Shown in pieces: positions 1 to 13,312 of a stretch of 64,000 bases of DNA (within the stretch, counting starts at the first letter, position 1; each line of letters begins with the position of its first letter). This stretch comes from Actinomycetes bacterium (GTDB lineage: Bacteria > Actinomycetota > Actinomycetes > S36-B12). The notes below the pieces were generated by a model. That model saw only the letters and a program-made list of their open reading frames with translations, had not been told where the DNA came from and did not search any database. The DNA lies in the NCBI GenBank assembly GCA_965278965.1, contig OZ257127.1, positions 2,100,911-2,164,910 on the forward strand, in the 5' to 3' direction. Both the position numbers and the translations under genes were made by a program.

Positions 1-1193
1 CCGAGCCCGTACGACCGGTGGTGCTGGGCGTCCCACACGAGGAAGAACGGGATGTGCGGGTCGGTGGGGTCGAGGCCTCGCCGCACGATGTCCACCCAGT
101 ACGAGTCGTCGCAGAACCGACGTCCCGTGCGGTCGACGATCATGGCGTGCGGCAGGGCGTACTCCGGGCCGTTCGCCGATCCGTGGCCGCCGGGTGCACC
201 CCATCCGGGCGGCATCGGCACGCAGGTCGCCGGTATGCGCACCGTGTCGGCGCCCGCTGCCCGGGCCAGGCGCAGCCCGTCACCGCGGACCGTGTCCGGC
301 GCGAGGGTCCCGAAATCCTCGGGCTGCAGCCCCAGCAGCTCCTGCACCAGCTCGGGGTCGCCGTCGAAGCTGCTCGTGGCCAGGACCACCGCCCCGACGA
401 GATCCTCCTGGCCGCCTGGCCCATCGACGCGGACACCGGTCACCGCGTCGCCGTCGGTGAGCAGCGAGACGACGCGGGAGGACAGCCGCCAGCTGATCGC
501 GGGCTCCTGCAGGGCGCGGGCGAGGAACGCCGCGACGAGCCCGGTCCCGAACGTGAGGGTGTCGGTGCCGGTCGCCTGCGAGCGTCCGCCGGCGCGGCCG
601 AACGCGGGCACGCCGGCGTGGTCGGCGATCTCGTCGGCCTCGGCATCGGCCGCCGGCGTGGCCGAGAGCGTCGAGGACCGACGTCCCTTGAGGTACATCT
701 CGGAGTACGTCATGCCGACCGGGAAGTACGGCGAGACAAGCAGCCGTCCGCGCCACGAGCCCAGCGCTGCGCCGTCGAACGGTGCGCCGGTCAGGTAGCG
801 CCCGGCGGCCAGGGCGCCCGGCGCCTCGTCGTGGTAGTCGGCGAGGTCGGGGATGACCTCCCACGCGACGGCGCCGACCTCCTCCCAGTAGGCCATGGCT
901 TCGGGGGCGACGGTCAGCCACCGGTCGAGCGCGTCCTCGTCGAGCAGGTCCGGGTGGTCGTGGCCGATCGCCCGCACGTACTGCTCCGCGAGCGCACGAG
1001 AGTCGGCGATCCCGTCGCGTTCCTCGACGTGGTTGGCGCCCACCCACACCTGGCCACCGGAGAGCGCCGACGCGCCGCCGACGAGGTCGCCGGCCTCGAG
1101 GACGATCACGGGCCGCCCGCGCAGGGCCAGGCCGATCGCGGTCGCGATCCCGCTCAGCCCGGCTCCGACCACGAGGACAGGAGCATTCGCCAT
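1..1193 (-). CDS. FAD-dependent oxidoreductase, KstD (3-oxosteroid 1-dehydrogenase)/fumarate-reductase-flavoprotein-like; 3' end lies outside the window
   Basis: Absent from the ORF track because no stop lies inside the window. My translation of the minus strand from ATG 1193-1191 reads MANAPVLVVGAGLSGIATAIGLALRGRPVIVLEAGDLVGGASALSGGQVWVGANHVEERDGIADSRALAEQYVRAI... This has a Rossmann GxGxxG FAD motif and the GG(A/T)SxxSGG block of KstD/FrdA-type flavoproteins. The frame stays open to position 1. Confidence 0.8.
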   Translation of the reverse strand, partial: MANAPVLVVGAGLSGIATAIGLALRGRPVIVLEAGDLVGGASALSGGQVWVGANHVEERDGIADSRALAEQYVRAIGHDHPDLLDEDALDRWLTVAPEAMAYWEEVGAVAWEVIPDLADYHDEAPGALAAGRYLTGAPFDGAALGSWRGRLLVSPYFPVGMTYSEMYLKGRRSSTLSATPAADAEADEIADHAGVPAFGRAGGRSQATGTDTLTFGTGLVAAFLARALQEPAISWRLSSRVVSLLTDGDAVTGVRVDGPGGQEDLVGAVVLATSSFDGDPELVQELLGLQPEDFGTLAPDTVRGDGLRLARAAGADTVRIPATCVPMPPGWGAPGGHGSANGPEYALPHAMIVDRTGRRFCDDSYWVDIVRRGLDPTDPHIPFFLVWDAQHHRSYGL

Positions 1194-1312
1194 GCGGCGA
1201 TGCTCTCCCACGCGACGGGTGACCGGTCGCGGGCCGGCGTTCATGAACGGTCATACCCGCGGGCGGGTGCGGGGATCGCGCGGCGACGACGGCTTCGCCG
1301 GCACCTGCCAGG

Positions 1313-3063
1313 ATGGGCCGCGCCATGAAACCACTGGACCCGCGCCTGCTTCGCTACGCGCGCAGCACGCGGGGCTTCGTCGCCCTGGCGGTCGTTCTCG
1401 GCGTCGTAACCGCGCTGCTGGTGATCGCGCAGGCCCGGCTCCTGTCCGACGTGATCGTCGAGGTCTCCGCCGACGGGGCCGGTTGGTCCGAGGTCGTCGA
1501 CCTGGTCCTGCTTCTCGCGGGCGTGTTCGCGTGCCGGGCGGCCGTGACGTGGCTGGCGGAGGTCGCCGCGGTTCGGGCCGCTGCCCGCGCCAAGCAGGAG
1601 CTTCGACAGGCGGCCATGGAGCACGTCCTCGCCCTCGGTCCGCTCGGTCCCGGCGCCACCTCCCCTGGGGAGACGGCCGCCCTCGTGACGCGGGGCATCG
1701 ACGCCCTCGACGGCTACTTCGCCCGCTACCTGCCGCAGCTCATGCTCGCTGTCATCGTCCCCGTCGCGATCCTGCTCACGATCCTCGGCCAGGACGTCCT
1801 GTCGACCGTCATCATCGCCGTCACCATCCCGCTCATCCCCATCTTCATGATCTTGATCGGGCTCTACACGCGAAGCCAGGTCGATCGGCAGTGGCAGACG
1901 CTGTCGGTGCTCTCGGGCCACTTCCTCGACCTCGTCTCCGGGCTGCCGGCGCTCAAGGCCTTCGGCCGCGCGAAGTCACAGGCGGAAGCGATCCGCGCGA
2001 TCGGCGACCGCTACCGCGGAACCACGATGGGCGTCCTGCGTGTGTCGTTCCTGTCGGCGCTCGTCCTCGAGCTGCTCGCAACGCTGTCGGTCGCGCTCGT
2101 CGCCGTCTCGGTGGGCCTGCGCCTCGCGGAGGGTCAGATCGCCTACGGCGTCGCCCTGTTCGTCCTCATCCTGGCGCCAGAGGCGTACCTGCCGTTGCGC
2201 CTGGTGGGTCAGCACTTCCACGCCGCGGCCGAAGGTCTGGGCGCGGCCGAGCGGGTGTTCGAGATCCTCCAGACGCCGGTCCCGACCGGCGGTGACGAAC
2301 GTGTTCCTGACGGGCCGGTGCGCGTCGACGTCGTCGATCTCGTCGTGCGCTACCCGGGCCGCGGGCGTCCGGCGCTCGGCGGCGTCACCTTCACGGCGGA
2401 GCCCGGGACGATCACGGCGGTCGTCGGCGGCTCCGGCGGCGGCAAGTCCACGCTGCTCGCCGCGATCCTCGGGTTCGTCCCCGCCGACGGCGGCCACGTG
2501 ACCGTCAGCGCCGCGGATCGGACCGTCGATCTCGCGCACGCCGACCTCCTGGCCTGGCGGTCACGCGTCGCCTGGCTGCCGCAACGCGCGCACGCCGTCG
2601 ACGTCGGGCTGTCCGAGCGGCCGACGATCCGCGAGGCCGTGACGCTGCGGCGCCCGGACGCTGCCGTCGACGACGTGTGGGCAGCGCTGGCGGACGCCGG
2701 CCTTGCCGACGAGGTCCGGGCGCTGGAGCACGGCCTGGACACCCCGTTGGCGGCCGATGGCTCCGGGCTGTCGGTGGGGCAGCTCCAACGCCTCAGCCTG
2801 GCCCGCGCGGTCCTCGGGCACGCCGACGTCGTCCTCCTCGACGAGCCCACCGCCGCCTTGGACCCCCGCACCGAGGACGTCGTGGTGCAGACTATCGCCC
2901 ACCTTGCCGCTCGCGGCGCGGCTGTCGTCGTCGTCGCTCACCGCCCCGCCCTCGTCGCCGTCGCGCACCGTCTCGTGCGCCTCGAGGCGCCGGACGAGAC
3001 CGATCCGGCCACCGTCGGGCCCGCCGCCGGCCTCGCGGCGGAGACCATCCGGGGGTCGGGGTG

Positions 3064-3067
<4 letters not shown>
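1313..3067 (+). CDS. cydD: thiol-reductant ABC exporter subunit CydD
   Basis: ORF track 584 aa. An alternative ATG at 1325 has a better-spaced AGGA. N-terminal six-TM exporter domain plus NBD: Walker A GGSGGGKST, signature LSVGQLQR, Walker B VVLLDEP. The blocks YFARYLPQ, LSGHFLD and LILAPEAY match my memory of E. coli CydD. Confidence 0.88.
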
Positions 3068-6517
<3,450 letters not shown>

Positions 6518-6518
6518 G

Positions 6519-7199
6519 CTAGTGGTGGTCGCGCTCGACGGACATGCGAGCGACGTAAGCGGCCGCCTGCGTGCGGCGCTCCATGCCGAGCTTGGCGAGC
6601 AGGCTCGACACGTAGTTCTTGACGGTCTTCTCCGCCAGGTGCAGGTTCTCGCCGATCTGCCGGTTCGTCAGCCCTTCGCCGATGAGGTCGAGGATGCGTC
6701 GCTCCTGCTCGGTGAGCGCATCGAGCCGAGAGTCGTGCTTCTCGCCGTTGCGCAGCCGCTCCAGGACCCGCTGCGTCGCCTGCGGGTCGAGCAGCGACTT
6801 GCCCGACGCGATCTGGCGGATGGCGTCGACCAGGTCGTTGCCACGGATCTCCTTGAGGACGTAGCCCGAGGCACCCGCGAGGATCGCATCGAACAGGGCC
6901 TCGTCGTCCGCGTACGACGTGAGCATGAGGCAGTGCACGGTCGGCATCGACGACCGGATCTCGCGGCACACCTCGACGCCGCTGCCGTCGGGCAGACGCA
7001 CGTCCAGTACGGCGACATCCGGGCGCGACGCGGGGATCCGAAGCAGCGCGTCGGCGGTCGAGCCGGCCTCGCCGACGACCTCCATGTCGCGCTCGAGTCC
7101 GATGAGCTCGGCGAGCCCGCGGCGGACGATCTCGTGGTCGTCCATCAAGAACACGCGGATCGGCCGGGCGGGGTCGGGCGTGGCCGTCATGTCCCGCAT
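6519..7199 (-). CDS. devR: DevR/DosR-type NarL/LuxR-family response regulator
   Basis: ORF track 226 aa (alternative ATG at 7190). Receiver domain VFLMDDHEIVRRGL...PDVAVLDVRLPDGSG. C-terminal HTH LTNRQIGENLHLAEKTVKNYVSSLLAKLGMERRTQAA. Near-collinear with my memory of Mtb DevR. Confidence 0.82.
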   Translation of the reverse strand: MRDMTATPDPARPIRVFLMDDHEIVRRGLAELIGLERDMEVVGEAGSTADALLRIPASRPDVAVLDVRLPDGSGVEVCREIRSSMPTVHCLMLTSYADDEALFDAILAGASGYVLKEIRGNDLVDAIRQIASGKSLLDPQATQRVLERLRNGEKHDSRLDALTEQERRILDLIGEGLTNRQIGENLHLAEKTVKNYVSSLLAKLGMERRTQAAAYVARMSVERDHH

Positions 7200-7288
7200 T
7201 GTGCACCACCGCGCGACCTTCGTTGGCGCTCGAACGCCTGTGCGCTTGCTCCGAGCGTCGTCCGTGCCAGGATGACCGCGGAGGTGCC

Positions 7289-8362
7289 ATGAGCGAGTCG
7301 GCCGTGCGACTGCTCTCGCCGGACGGCGAGCGCGTCGGTCACGACGAGTACGACATCGACATCAGCGATGCGGCCCTGCGCGAGGTCTACCGCGACCTCG
7401 TCCTGGTCCGCCGGCTCGACACCGAGGCGACCGCACTTCAGCGCCAGGGTGAGCTCGCGCTGTGGGCCTCGTGCCAGGGGCAGGAGGCCGCTCAGGTCGG
7501 CTCGGCGCGCTGCCTGCGCCCGAACGACATGGTGTTCCCGACGTACCGCGACCATGGCGTCGCCTGGTGCCGCGGTGTCACGCCGCTGCAGCTCCTGTCC
7601 CTCTTCCGCGGCGTGACCAACGGCGGCTGGGACCCGGCCGCCATCCACTGCGCCCTGTACTCGATCGTCATCGGCAGCCAGACGCTGCATGCCGCGGGCT
7701 ACGCGCTCGGTGCGTCGCTGCAGGGGTCGACGGACGCGACGGTCGCCTACTTCGGTGACGGAGCCACGGACGAGGGCGACGTGAACGAGGCGTTCGTCCT
7801 CGCCGCCGACTTCGCCCTTCCGCTCGTGCTCTTCTGCCAGAACAACCACTGGGCGATCTCGACGCCGCGGGAGGGCCGCCGCGGCGCCCCCATCCACCGT
7901 CGCGCCGAAGGGTTCGGCTTCCCGGGGGTGCTCGTCGACGGCAACGACGTGCTCGCGGTGATGGCCGTCACCGAAGCCGCCCTCGCCCGTGCCCGCCGCG
8001 GTGACGGACCGACGCTCATCGAGGCGGTCACGTACCGCATGGGCGCGCACACGACCTCGGACGACCCGACGCGGTACCGCTCGGACGACGAGGTCGCCAC
8101 CTGGCGTGCGCGCGACCCGATCACGCGCCTGGCTGCCTACCTGTCGAACGAAGGAACCGCGGACGCCGACTTCCTGTCGGCCGTCGAGGCGGAGGCCGAC
8201 GAGCTCGCCGTCGCGATCCGCGCGGGCGTCCGTGCTCTGACGGCGCCCCCGGCGGAGTCGATGTTCGACCACATCTACGCCGAGCCGAACCCGCTGGTCG
8301 CCGCGCAGCGTGGCGAGCTCCTGGCGTACGAGGCCCTGTTCGCGGGGGAGGCCGCGTCATGA
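7289..8362 (+). CDS. bkdA: 2-oxoacid (branched-chain/pyruvate) dehydrogenase E1 alpha subunit
   Basis: In-frame part of ORF 7199..8362. ATG 7289 is preceded by GGAGG at 7280-7284. TPP-binding block YFGDGATDEGDVNEAFVLAADFALPLVLFCQNNHWAIS. Confidence 0.85.
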   Translation: MSESAVRLLSPDGERVGHDEYDIDISDAALREVYRDLVLVRRLDTEATALQRQGELALWASCQGQEAAQVGSARCLRPNDMVFPTYRDHGVAWCRGVTPLQLLSLFRGVTNGGWDPAAIHCALYSIVIGSQTLHAAGYALGASLQGSTDATVAYFGDGATDEGDVNEAFVLAADFALPLVLFCQNNHWAISTPREGRRGAPIHRRAEGFGFPGVLVDGNDVLAVMAVTEAALARARRGDGPTLIEAVTYRMGAHTTSDDPTRYRSDDEVATWRARDPITRLAAYLSNEGTADADFLSAVEAEADELAVAIRAGVRALTAPPAESMFDHIYAEPNPLVAAQRGELLAYEALFAGEAAS

Positions 8363-9336
8363 CGACCATGTCGATGGCCGCCGCCCTCAACGCGGCGCTG
8401 CGTCGCTCGATGGAACGCGACCCGTCGGTCGTCCTCGTGGGCGAGGACATCGGCCGGCTGGGCGGGGTCTTCCGGGTGACCGACGGCCTGCAGAAGGACT
8501 TCGGCGAGGGCCGTGTCATCGACGCCCCGCTCGCGGAGAGCGCGATCGTCGGGGCCGCGATCGGCCTGGCGATGCGCGGATTCCGGCCTGTCCTGGAGAT
8601 CCAGTTCGACGGCTTCGTGTACCCGGCGTTCGACCAGATCGTCTCGCAGCTGGCGAAGCTGCACCGGCGCAGCGACGGAGCCGTCCGGCTGCCCATCGTC
8701 GTGCGAATCCCCTTCGGCGGTGGGATCGGCGCGGTCGAGCACCACAGCGAGTCGCCCGAGGCCTACTTCGTCCATACGGCGGGCCTGCGCGTCCTGACAC
8801 CGTCCGACGCGGCGTCCGCCTACGTGACGTTGCAGCAGGCGATCGCGTGCGACGACCCGGTCATCTACCTCGAGCCGAAGCGCCGCTACTGGGACAAGAC
8901 CGAGGTCGACCCCTCGGTCGACGTCGTGCGCGCATCGAGCCCGTGGCAGTCCCGCGTCGTCCGCGCGGGCAGCGACGTGACGATCGCGTGCTACGGCCCG
9001 ATGGTCCGCACGTGCCTGGAGGCAGCCGGCGCGCACGACACGGCGGCGTGCGAGGTCATCGACCTGCAGTCGCTCTCGCCCCTGGACCTGGACACCGTCG
9101 TCGCGTCCGTTCGGCGCACGGGACGGCTCGTCGTGGTGCACGAAGCTGCACGCACCGTCGGGCTGGGCGCCGAGGTCGCCGCGCGGGTGGCGGAGGAGTG
9201 CTTCTTCGACCTCGAGGCACCCGTGCAGCGCGTGACGGGGTTCGACATCCCGTACCCGCCGGCGGGGCTGGAGGAGCACCACCTGCCCGACCTCGATCGT
9301 GTGCTCGACGCCGTCGACCGCGTGCTGGCGTTCTGA
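8359..9336 (+). CDS. bkdB: 2-oxoacid dehydrogenase E1 beta subunit
   Basis: ORF track 325 aa. The ATG overlaps the E1 alpha stop (ATGA). Typical transketolase-like pyrimidine-binding and C-terminal domains (GEDIGRLGGVFRVTDGL, RVIDAPLAESAIVG). Confidence 0.9.
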   Translation: MTTMSMAAALNAALRRSMERDPSVVLVGEDIGRLGGVFRVTDGLQKDFGEGRVIDAPLAESAIVGAAIGLAMRGFRPVLEIQFDGFVYPAFDQIVSQLAKLHRRSDGAVRLPIVVRIPFGGGIGAVEHHSESPEAYFVHTAGLRVLTPSDAASAYVTLQQAIACDDPVIYLEPKRRYWDKTEVDPSVDVVRASSPWQSRVVRAGSDVTIACYGPMVRTCLEAAGAHDTAACEVIDLQSLSPLDLDTVVASVRRTGRLVVVHEAARTVGLGAEVAARVAEECFFDLEAPVQRVTGFDIPYPPAGLEEHHLPDLDRVLDAVDRVLAF

Positions 9337-9344
9337 GGTGCGCC

Positions 9345-10631
9345 GTGGCTGACGTGCGACCGTTCGCGCTGCCGGACGTGGGTGAGGGGCTCACGGAGGC
9401 CGAGGTGCTGCATTGGCACGTCGCCGTCGGGGACGTCGTCGTGGTCAACCAGTCGCTGGTGGAGATCGAGACGGCTAAGGCCTCCGTCGAGCTGCCGAGC
9501 CCGTTCGAGGGAACGGTCGCGGCGCTGCACGTCGCCGAGGGTGCGATCGTGCCCGTCGGCACCGTCATCATCTCGATCGCGGTCGACGGTCCGGCTACCA
9601 CCGTCGATGCCGAACCGGGTGAGCCGACCTCGGCAGCGCAGGCGCCCGCCGCGCGCGAGGCCGTCCTCGTCGGATACGGCGTCACGTCCGGTACAGCCCG
9701 TCGGCGTCGGCGCACCGCGGCCGTTCCGGCAGCGACGCACCCGGTTCCCCGGACGCCGGCCGCTGCTGTGCCGTCGGCAGCCGCGATGACCACGACGATC
9801 ACGCGGCCACGGGCGAAGCCGTTGGTGCGCAAGCTCGCCCGCGAGCTCGGCGTCGATCTCGCTACCGTCGCGCCCACCGGGGCGAACGGTGACGTGACGC
9901 GGTCCGACGTGCTCACCGCGCAGAGCCGTTCGGGCGTGGGCGCCGCGCCGGCCGGGGAGCGCATCCCGGTGCGCGGCGTCCGTCGCGCGATGGCGGCGGC
10001 GATGTCCGCCTCCCATTCGGCGGCTCCGCAGGCGGCGGTCTGGGTCGAGGTCGACGTCACGACTGCTCAGGAACAGATCGTCGCGCTTCGCGCTCGCCCG
10101 GATGCGGCGGACGTCCGGCTGTCCCCGCTCGTGCTGGCGGCGGGTGCGCTGGTCGACGCGGTCCGCGCGCAGCCGCTTCTGCATGGGGTGTGGGTCGACG
10201 CCGCAGACGGACCTGAGATCGTCCTGCCTGAGCGGATCGGCCTGGGCATCGCCGCGGACACCGAGCGCGGGCTCGTCGTGCCGGTCGTCCACGATCCGTC
10301 CACCGATGACCTCGTCGACCTCGCACGCCGTATCCAGAGGGGCGTCGACCTGGCCCGGTCCGGCGCGGCCCGACCGGCGGACTTCCTCGGTGGCACTGTG
10401 ACGCTCACGAACGTCGGCGTCTTCGGCATCGACGGCGGGCTGCCGATCCTCACACCCGGTCAGGCGGCGATCCTCGCGGTCGGACGGATCGCACAGCGGC
10501 CGTGGGTCGTCGCGGGTGCCGTGGTGGCGCGCCCCGTGCTCCAGCTCACGCTCACGTTCGACCACCGCGTCCTCGACGGAGCTCAGGCCTCCGCCGCGCT
10601 GTCCTCGATCGCGACGGCCCTCAGCACCTGA
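9345..10631 (+). CDS. bkdC: dihydrolipoamide acyltransferase E2 component
   Basis: 3' part of ORF 8310..10631. Start placed at GTG 9345, just after the E1 beta stop. Lipoyl domain with EIETAKASVELPSP, an Ala/Pro linker, an E3-binding segment (RAKPLVRKLARELGVDL), and a catalytic domain ending in the DHRVLDG motif. Confidence 0.85.
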   Translation: MADVRPFALPDVGEGLTEAEVLHWHVAVGDVVVVNQSLVEIETAKASVELPSPFEGTVAALHVAEGAIVPVGTVIISIAVDGPATTVDAEPGEPTSAAQAPAAREAVLVGYGVTSGTARRRRRTAAVPAATHPVPRTPAAAVPSAAAMTTTITRPRAKPLVRKLARELGVDLATVAPTGANGDVTRSDVLTAQSRSGVGAAPAGERIPVRGVRRAMAAAMSASHSAAPQAAVWVEVDVTTAQEQIVALRARPDAADVRLSPLVLAAGALVDAVRAQPLLHGVWVDAADGPEIVLPERIGLGIAADTERGLVVPVVHDPSTDDLVDLARRIQRGVDLARSGAARPADFLGGTVTLTNVGVFGIDGGLPILTPGQAAILAVGRIAQRPWVVAGAVVARPVLQLTLTFDHRVLDGAQASAALSSIATALST

Positions 10632-10664
10632 CCCTCGCGGAGAACCCGTCGCTGGGAGCGGATG

Positions 10665-11498
10665 TCAGGGGGTGATGGCGAGCTCGGCGAGCAGCCGTTC
10701 GCCTAGCGCGATGTCGCCGTGGATCTTGACCCGGTCGCGTGCGTCGGCCGCGGTGATCCGGCCGCACGACAGCCGTGCGTAGTCCGGCCAGGACAGTTCG
10801 AGCGTGACGTGCGGCTCGCTCACCGACTCGGTGACCACGCCCCGGCCCTCGCCCGCGTTCGCCGCCCAGATCTCGCCGGCGACGCCGGGTCCGGTCACGA
10901 TCACGTGGACGACCGAGCCGACGGGCGGCTCGACGGACGGCCACACCGCAAGCATCGCCTTCGAGATCTGCTGGTACGACACGACTGCCGCGTCGGACGA
11001 CCAGTCGCCATCCAGCCCGAGCCCCGCGCGGATGTCCTGCTCGTGTGCCCACAGGTCGAACGTGCGCATGCGGACGAGCCGCTCCAGTGACGTCGGCCGA
11101 CCGAACGGGCTGATGACCTGGGCGTCGTCGTCGAGCGCGTCGAGCTGGGAGCGCCGCACCTGTGCGACGTCGTGAAGGCCCGCGAGCACGTCGGCCCGGG
11201 GCGTGCCGCGCGCGGCATCGACGCCGACCTCGGTGAAGCGGCCGACATCGCCCTGCACGTGCGGCAGCGAATCCCAGTCCGGCGTGTGGACTGGTCGGTC
11301 GAGCCCGGCCAGCACGCCCTCGACGTCGGCCATGTGGGCGACGACGTCGCCGACGGACCACCCCGGGCAGGGTGTGGCCGCGGACCACTGCTGCTCGCTC
11401 AGGTCGGCGCACAGCGTCAGCGGCGTGAGCAGCACGGCCTCCCACGCGTCGACGAGCTCGGGGACGGAGGGAGATTCGGTCGGCTGCATGGGAGGCAC
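10665..11498 (-). CDS. maleylpyruvate-isomerase/DinB-type mycothiol-dependent enzyme family protein with SCP2-like C-terminal domain
   Basis: ORF track 277 aa. The N-terminus (LSEQQWSAATPCPGWSVGDVVAHM) is the signature of the actinobacterial MDMPI_N/TIGR03083-type DinB fold as I remember it. Confidence 0.7.
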   Translation of the reverse strand: MPPMQPTESPSVPELVDAWEAVLLTPLTLCADLSEQQWSAATPCPGWSVGDVVAHMADVEGVLAGLDRPVHTPDWDSLPHVQGDVGRFTEVGVDAARGTPRADVLAGLHDVAQVRRSQLDALDDDAQVISPFGRPTSLERLVRMRTFDLWAHEQDIRAGLGLDGDWSSDAAVVSYQQISKAMLAVWPSVEPPVGSVVHVIVTGPGVAGEIWAANAGEGRGVVTESVSEPHVTLELSWPDYARLSCGRITAADARDRVKIHGDIALGERLLAELAITP

Positions 11499-11530
11499 GC
11501 TAGCGGCGGTCGATCGCTAGAGTCCCGCGC

Positions 11531-12316
11531 ATGAGCGTCCGCGTCGCCTTGATCCAGCTCGACTGCTCGACGAGTGAATCCGTCGCCGACCGTGTCACGC
11601 GCACGTTCGAGCTGGTCGAGCGGACTGCTTCGCAGGCCGACATCCTCGTCCTGCCGGAGATGTGGCATGTCGGGGCGCACGACGTCGATGCGGCGCGCGA
11701 GCACGCCCAGCCGATCGACGGACCGCTGGTGACGGGCCTCGCCGCGCTCGCCCGCGAGCACCGCATCTGGCTGCACGGCGGGTCGTTCTGCGAGGTCGAC
11801 GCCGACGGCAACCACTTCAACACGAGCGTGCTGTTCGCCCCCGACGGCGAGCTCGTCGGCACGTACCGCAAGGTGCACCTGTTCGGCTTCGAGGGCGGCG
11901 AGACCGTGCTGATGAGCGGCGGCGACGAGCTCGTCGTCGTCGACACGCCGCTCGGCCCGACCGGGCTGGCGACCTGCTACGACCTGCGCTTCCCCGAGCT
12001 GTTCCGCGCGCTCACCGAAGGCGGCGCGACGGCGCTGCTGATCGCCAGCGGCTGGCCGACGTCGCGGATCGGGCACTGGGACGTACTCGCGCAGGCCCGG
12101 GCGATCGAGAACCAGGTGTGGCTGCTCGCCTGCAACGAGGTCGGCCAGCAAGGTGCCGTCGAGCTCGGCGGGCACTCCATCGCGGTCTCGCCGACGGGGG
12201 CCGTCGTTGCCCACGGCGGCAGCGATGAGCAGGTCGTGATCGTCGAGGTCGACCCGGACGAGGTCACGCGCTGGCGGGAGCAGTTCCCCGTGCTCGCCGA
12301 CATCCGCATCGGCTGA
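11531..12316 (+). CDS. carbon-nitrogen hydrolase (nitrilase superfamily, omega-amidase-like)
   Basis: ORF track 261 aa. The Glu-Lys-Cys triad contexts are visible: LVLPEMW, YRKVHLF, LATCYDLRFPE. Confidence 0.85.
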   Translation: MSVRVALIQLDCSTSESVADRVTRTFELVERTASQADILVLPEMWHVGAHDVDAAREHAQPIDGPLVTGLAALAREHRIWLHGGSFCEVDADGNHFNTSVLFAPDGELVGTYRKVHLFGFEGGETVLMSGGDELVVVDTPLGPTGLATCYDLRFPELFRALTEGGATALLIASGWPTSRIGHWDVLAQARAIENQVWLLACNEVGQQGAVELGGHSIAVSPTGAVVAHGGSDEQVVIVEVDPDEVTRWREQFPVLADIRIG

Positions 12317-12328
12317 CCTCGCCCCCAT

Positions 12329-12392
12329 CGTTGACTGTGCAGATGTGCACCGTTCCGAGGGGCTTAACAGGGGCACAGCTGCACAGTCAACG
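12329..12392. repeat. long-hairpin intergenic element, family 1, copy A
   Basis: CGTTGACTGTGCAG (12329-12342) and CTGCACAGTCAACG (12379-12392) form a perfect 14-bp inverted repeat around a partly self-complementary 36-nt core. It fills the gap between the convergent stops at 12316 and 12403. The left half is 23/24 identical to 20714-20737. Confidence 0.7.
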
Positions 12393-12402
12393 GAGGCTGG
12401 GG

Positions 12403-13188
12403 TCACATGCGAGTGATGACAGACTCCGGGCCGATGACGATACGGGGATGCGCGGCGGGGTCGAGCCACGCGAGCACGCGGCGCATCGTCGCCTCCGGGA
12501 TCGCGATGCAGCCGGCCGTCTTCGTGCCGTTGCTGACGTGGAGGAAGATGCCGCCGCCGGCCTTCGTGTCCGCCGGCTGCGACGTGCGCCGGATCCCATC
12601 GGCCCCGGTCGTCACCTTCCCGTCGGGAAGGTTGTAGTCGAGCACGGCGACGTAGTGGTACTGCAGGCCGTACTCCCACAGGCGCTCGACATAGCCCCCG
12701 TACGAGCGCCACGAGACGTCGGCGGTCTGGAACAGGTTGTACGTCGACGGACGACGCGGGTTGTAGGTCCACGCGTCGTCCCGGTCGAAGCGCCGGTACG
12801 GCAGGGCCGTCCCCGGGTCAGCCAGCCGACCGAAGGCGCTCGGTATCGCGAACGTCCCGGCCGGGGTCTTGCCGGTCCCCTGCCGGCGCTGCGCTGCCAG
12901 GGCCAGCCCGCTCCAGCCCAGCCGCGCAGGCGTGGCGTCGACGACCTGCCGCCAGCCCTTCCCATCGCGCTCGTAGGCCCGCAGTGTCGCCGTGGTCGAC
13001 GACCACGACGGTGCGGTGACGACGATGACCTGGTCGGCGCCGTCGACGTGCGCCAGACGCGACGGGTGGTACGGCGGGGTCGCCGCGCCCGCGGGTCCGG
13101 CTCCGACGCCGAGCGAGGCGACCAGCGCGACCGCGACGCCGACGATGGCGATGCGCGCGCGGACGAACGAACGTGGGCCGGTGGTCAT
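12403..13188 (-). CDS. secreted L,D-transpeptidase-family (YkuD-like) protein
   Basis: 3' part of ORF 12403..13701. Start placed at ATG 13188 (MTTGPRSFVRARIAIVGVAVALVASLGVGAGPAGA, signal-like). Catalytic context GGGIFLHVSNGTKTAGCIAI (His...Gly-Cys). Confidence 0.72.
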   Translation of the reverse strand: MTTGPRSFVRARIAIVGVAVALVASLGVGAGPAGAATPPYHPSRLAHVDGADQVIVVTAPSWSSTTATLRAYERDGKGWRQVVDATPARLGWSGLALAAQRRQGTGKTPAGTFAIPSAFGRLADPGTALPYRRFDRDDAWTYNPRRPSTYNLFQTADVSWRSYGGYVERLWEYGLQYHYVAVLDYNLPDGKVTTGADGIRRTSQPADTKAGGGIFLHVSNGTKTAGCIAIPEATMRRVLAWLDPAAHPRIVIGPESVITRM

Positions 13189-13312
13189 CGATCCACGGTA
13201 CGTGACGTCGCCGTGCGCGCCGACCACCTCCCGCGGCGGACGCGCCGACCCGCGGTGACGCGCACTGAGCCGCCCCGCCGCGGCTAGCCTGACGCGCGGG
13301 GGAGGTGGTGGC

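Noticed and set aside
8310-9344. N-terminal 345 aa of the 773-aa ORF 8310..10631.
   Set aside because: This is an alternate-frame shadow over the E1 beta gene (Arg/Pro/Gly-rich). The lipoyl domain of E2 starts at GVADVRPFALPDVGEG, so GTG 9345 is used.
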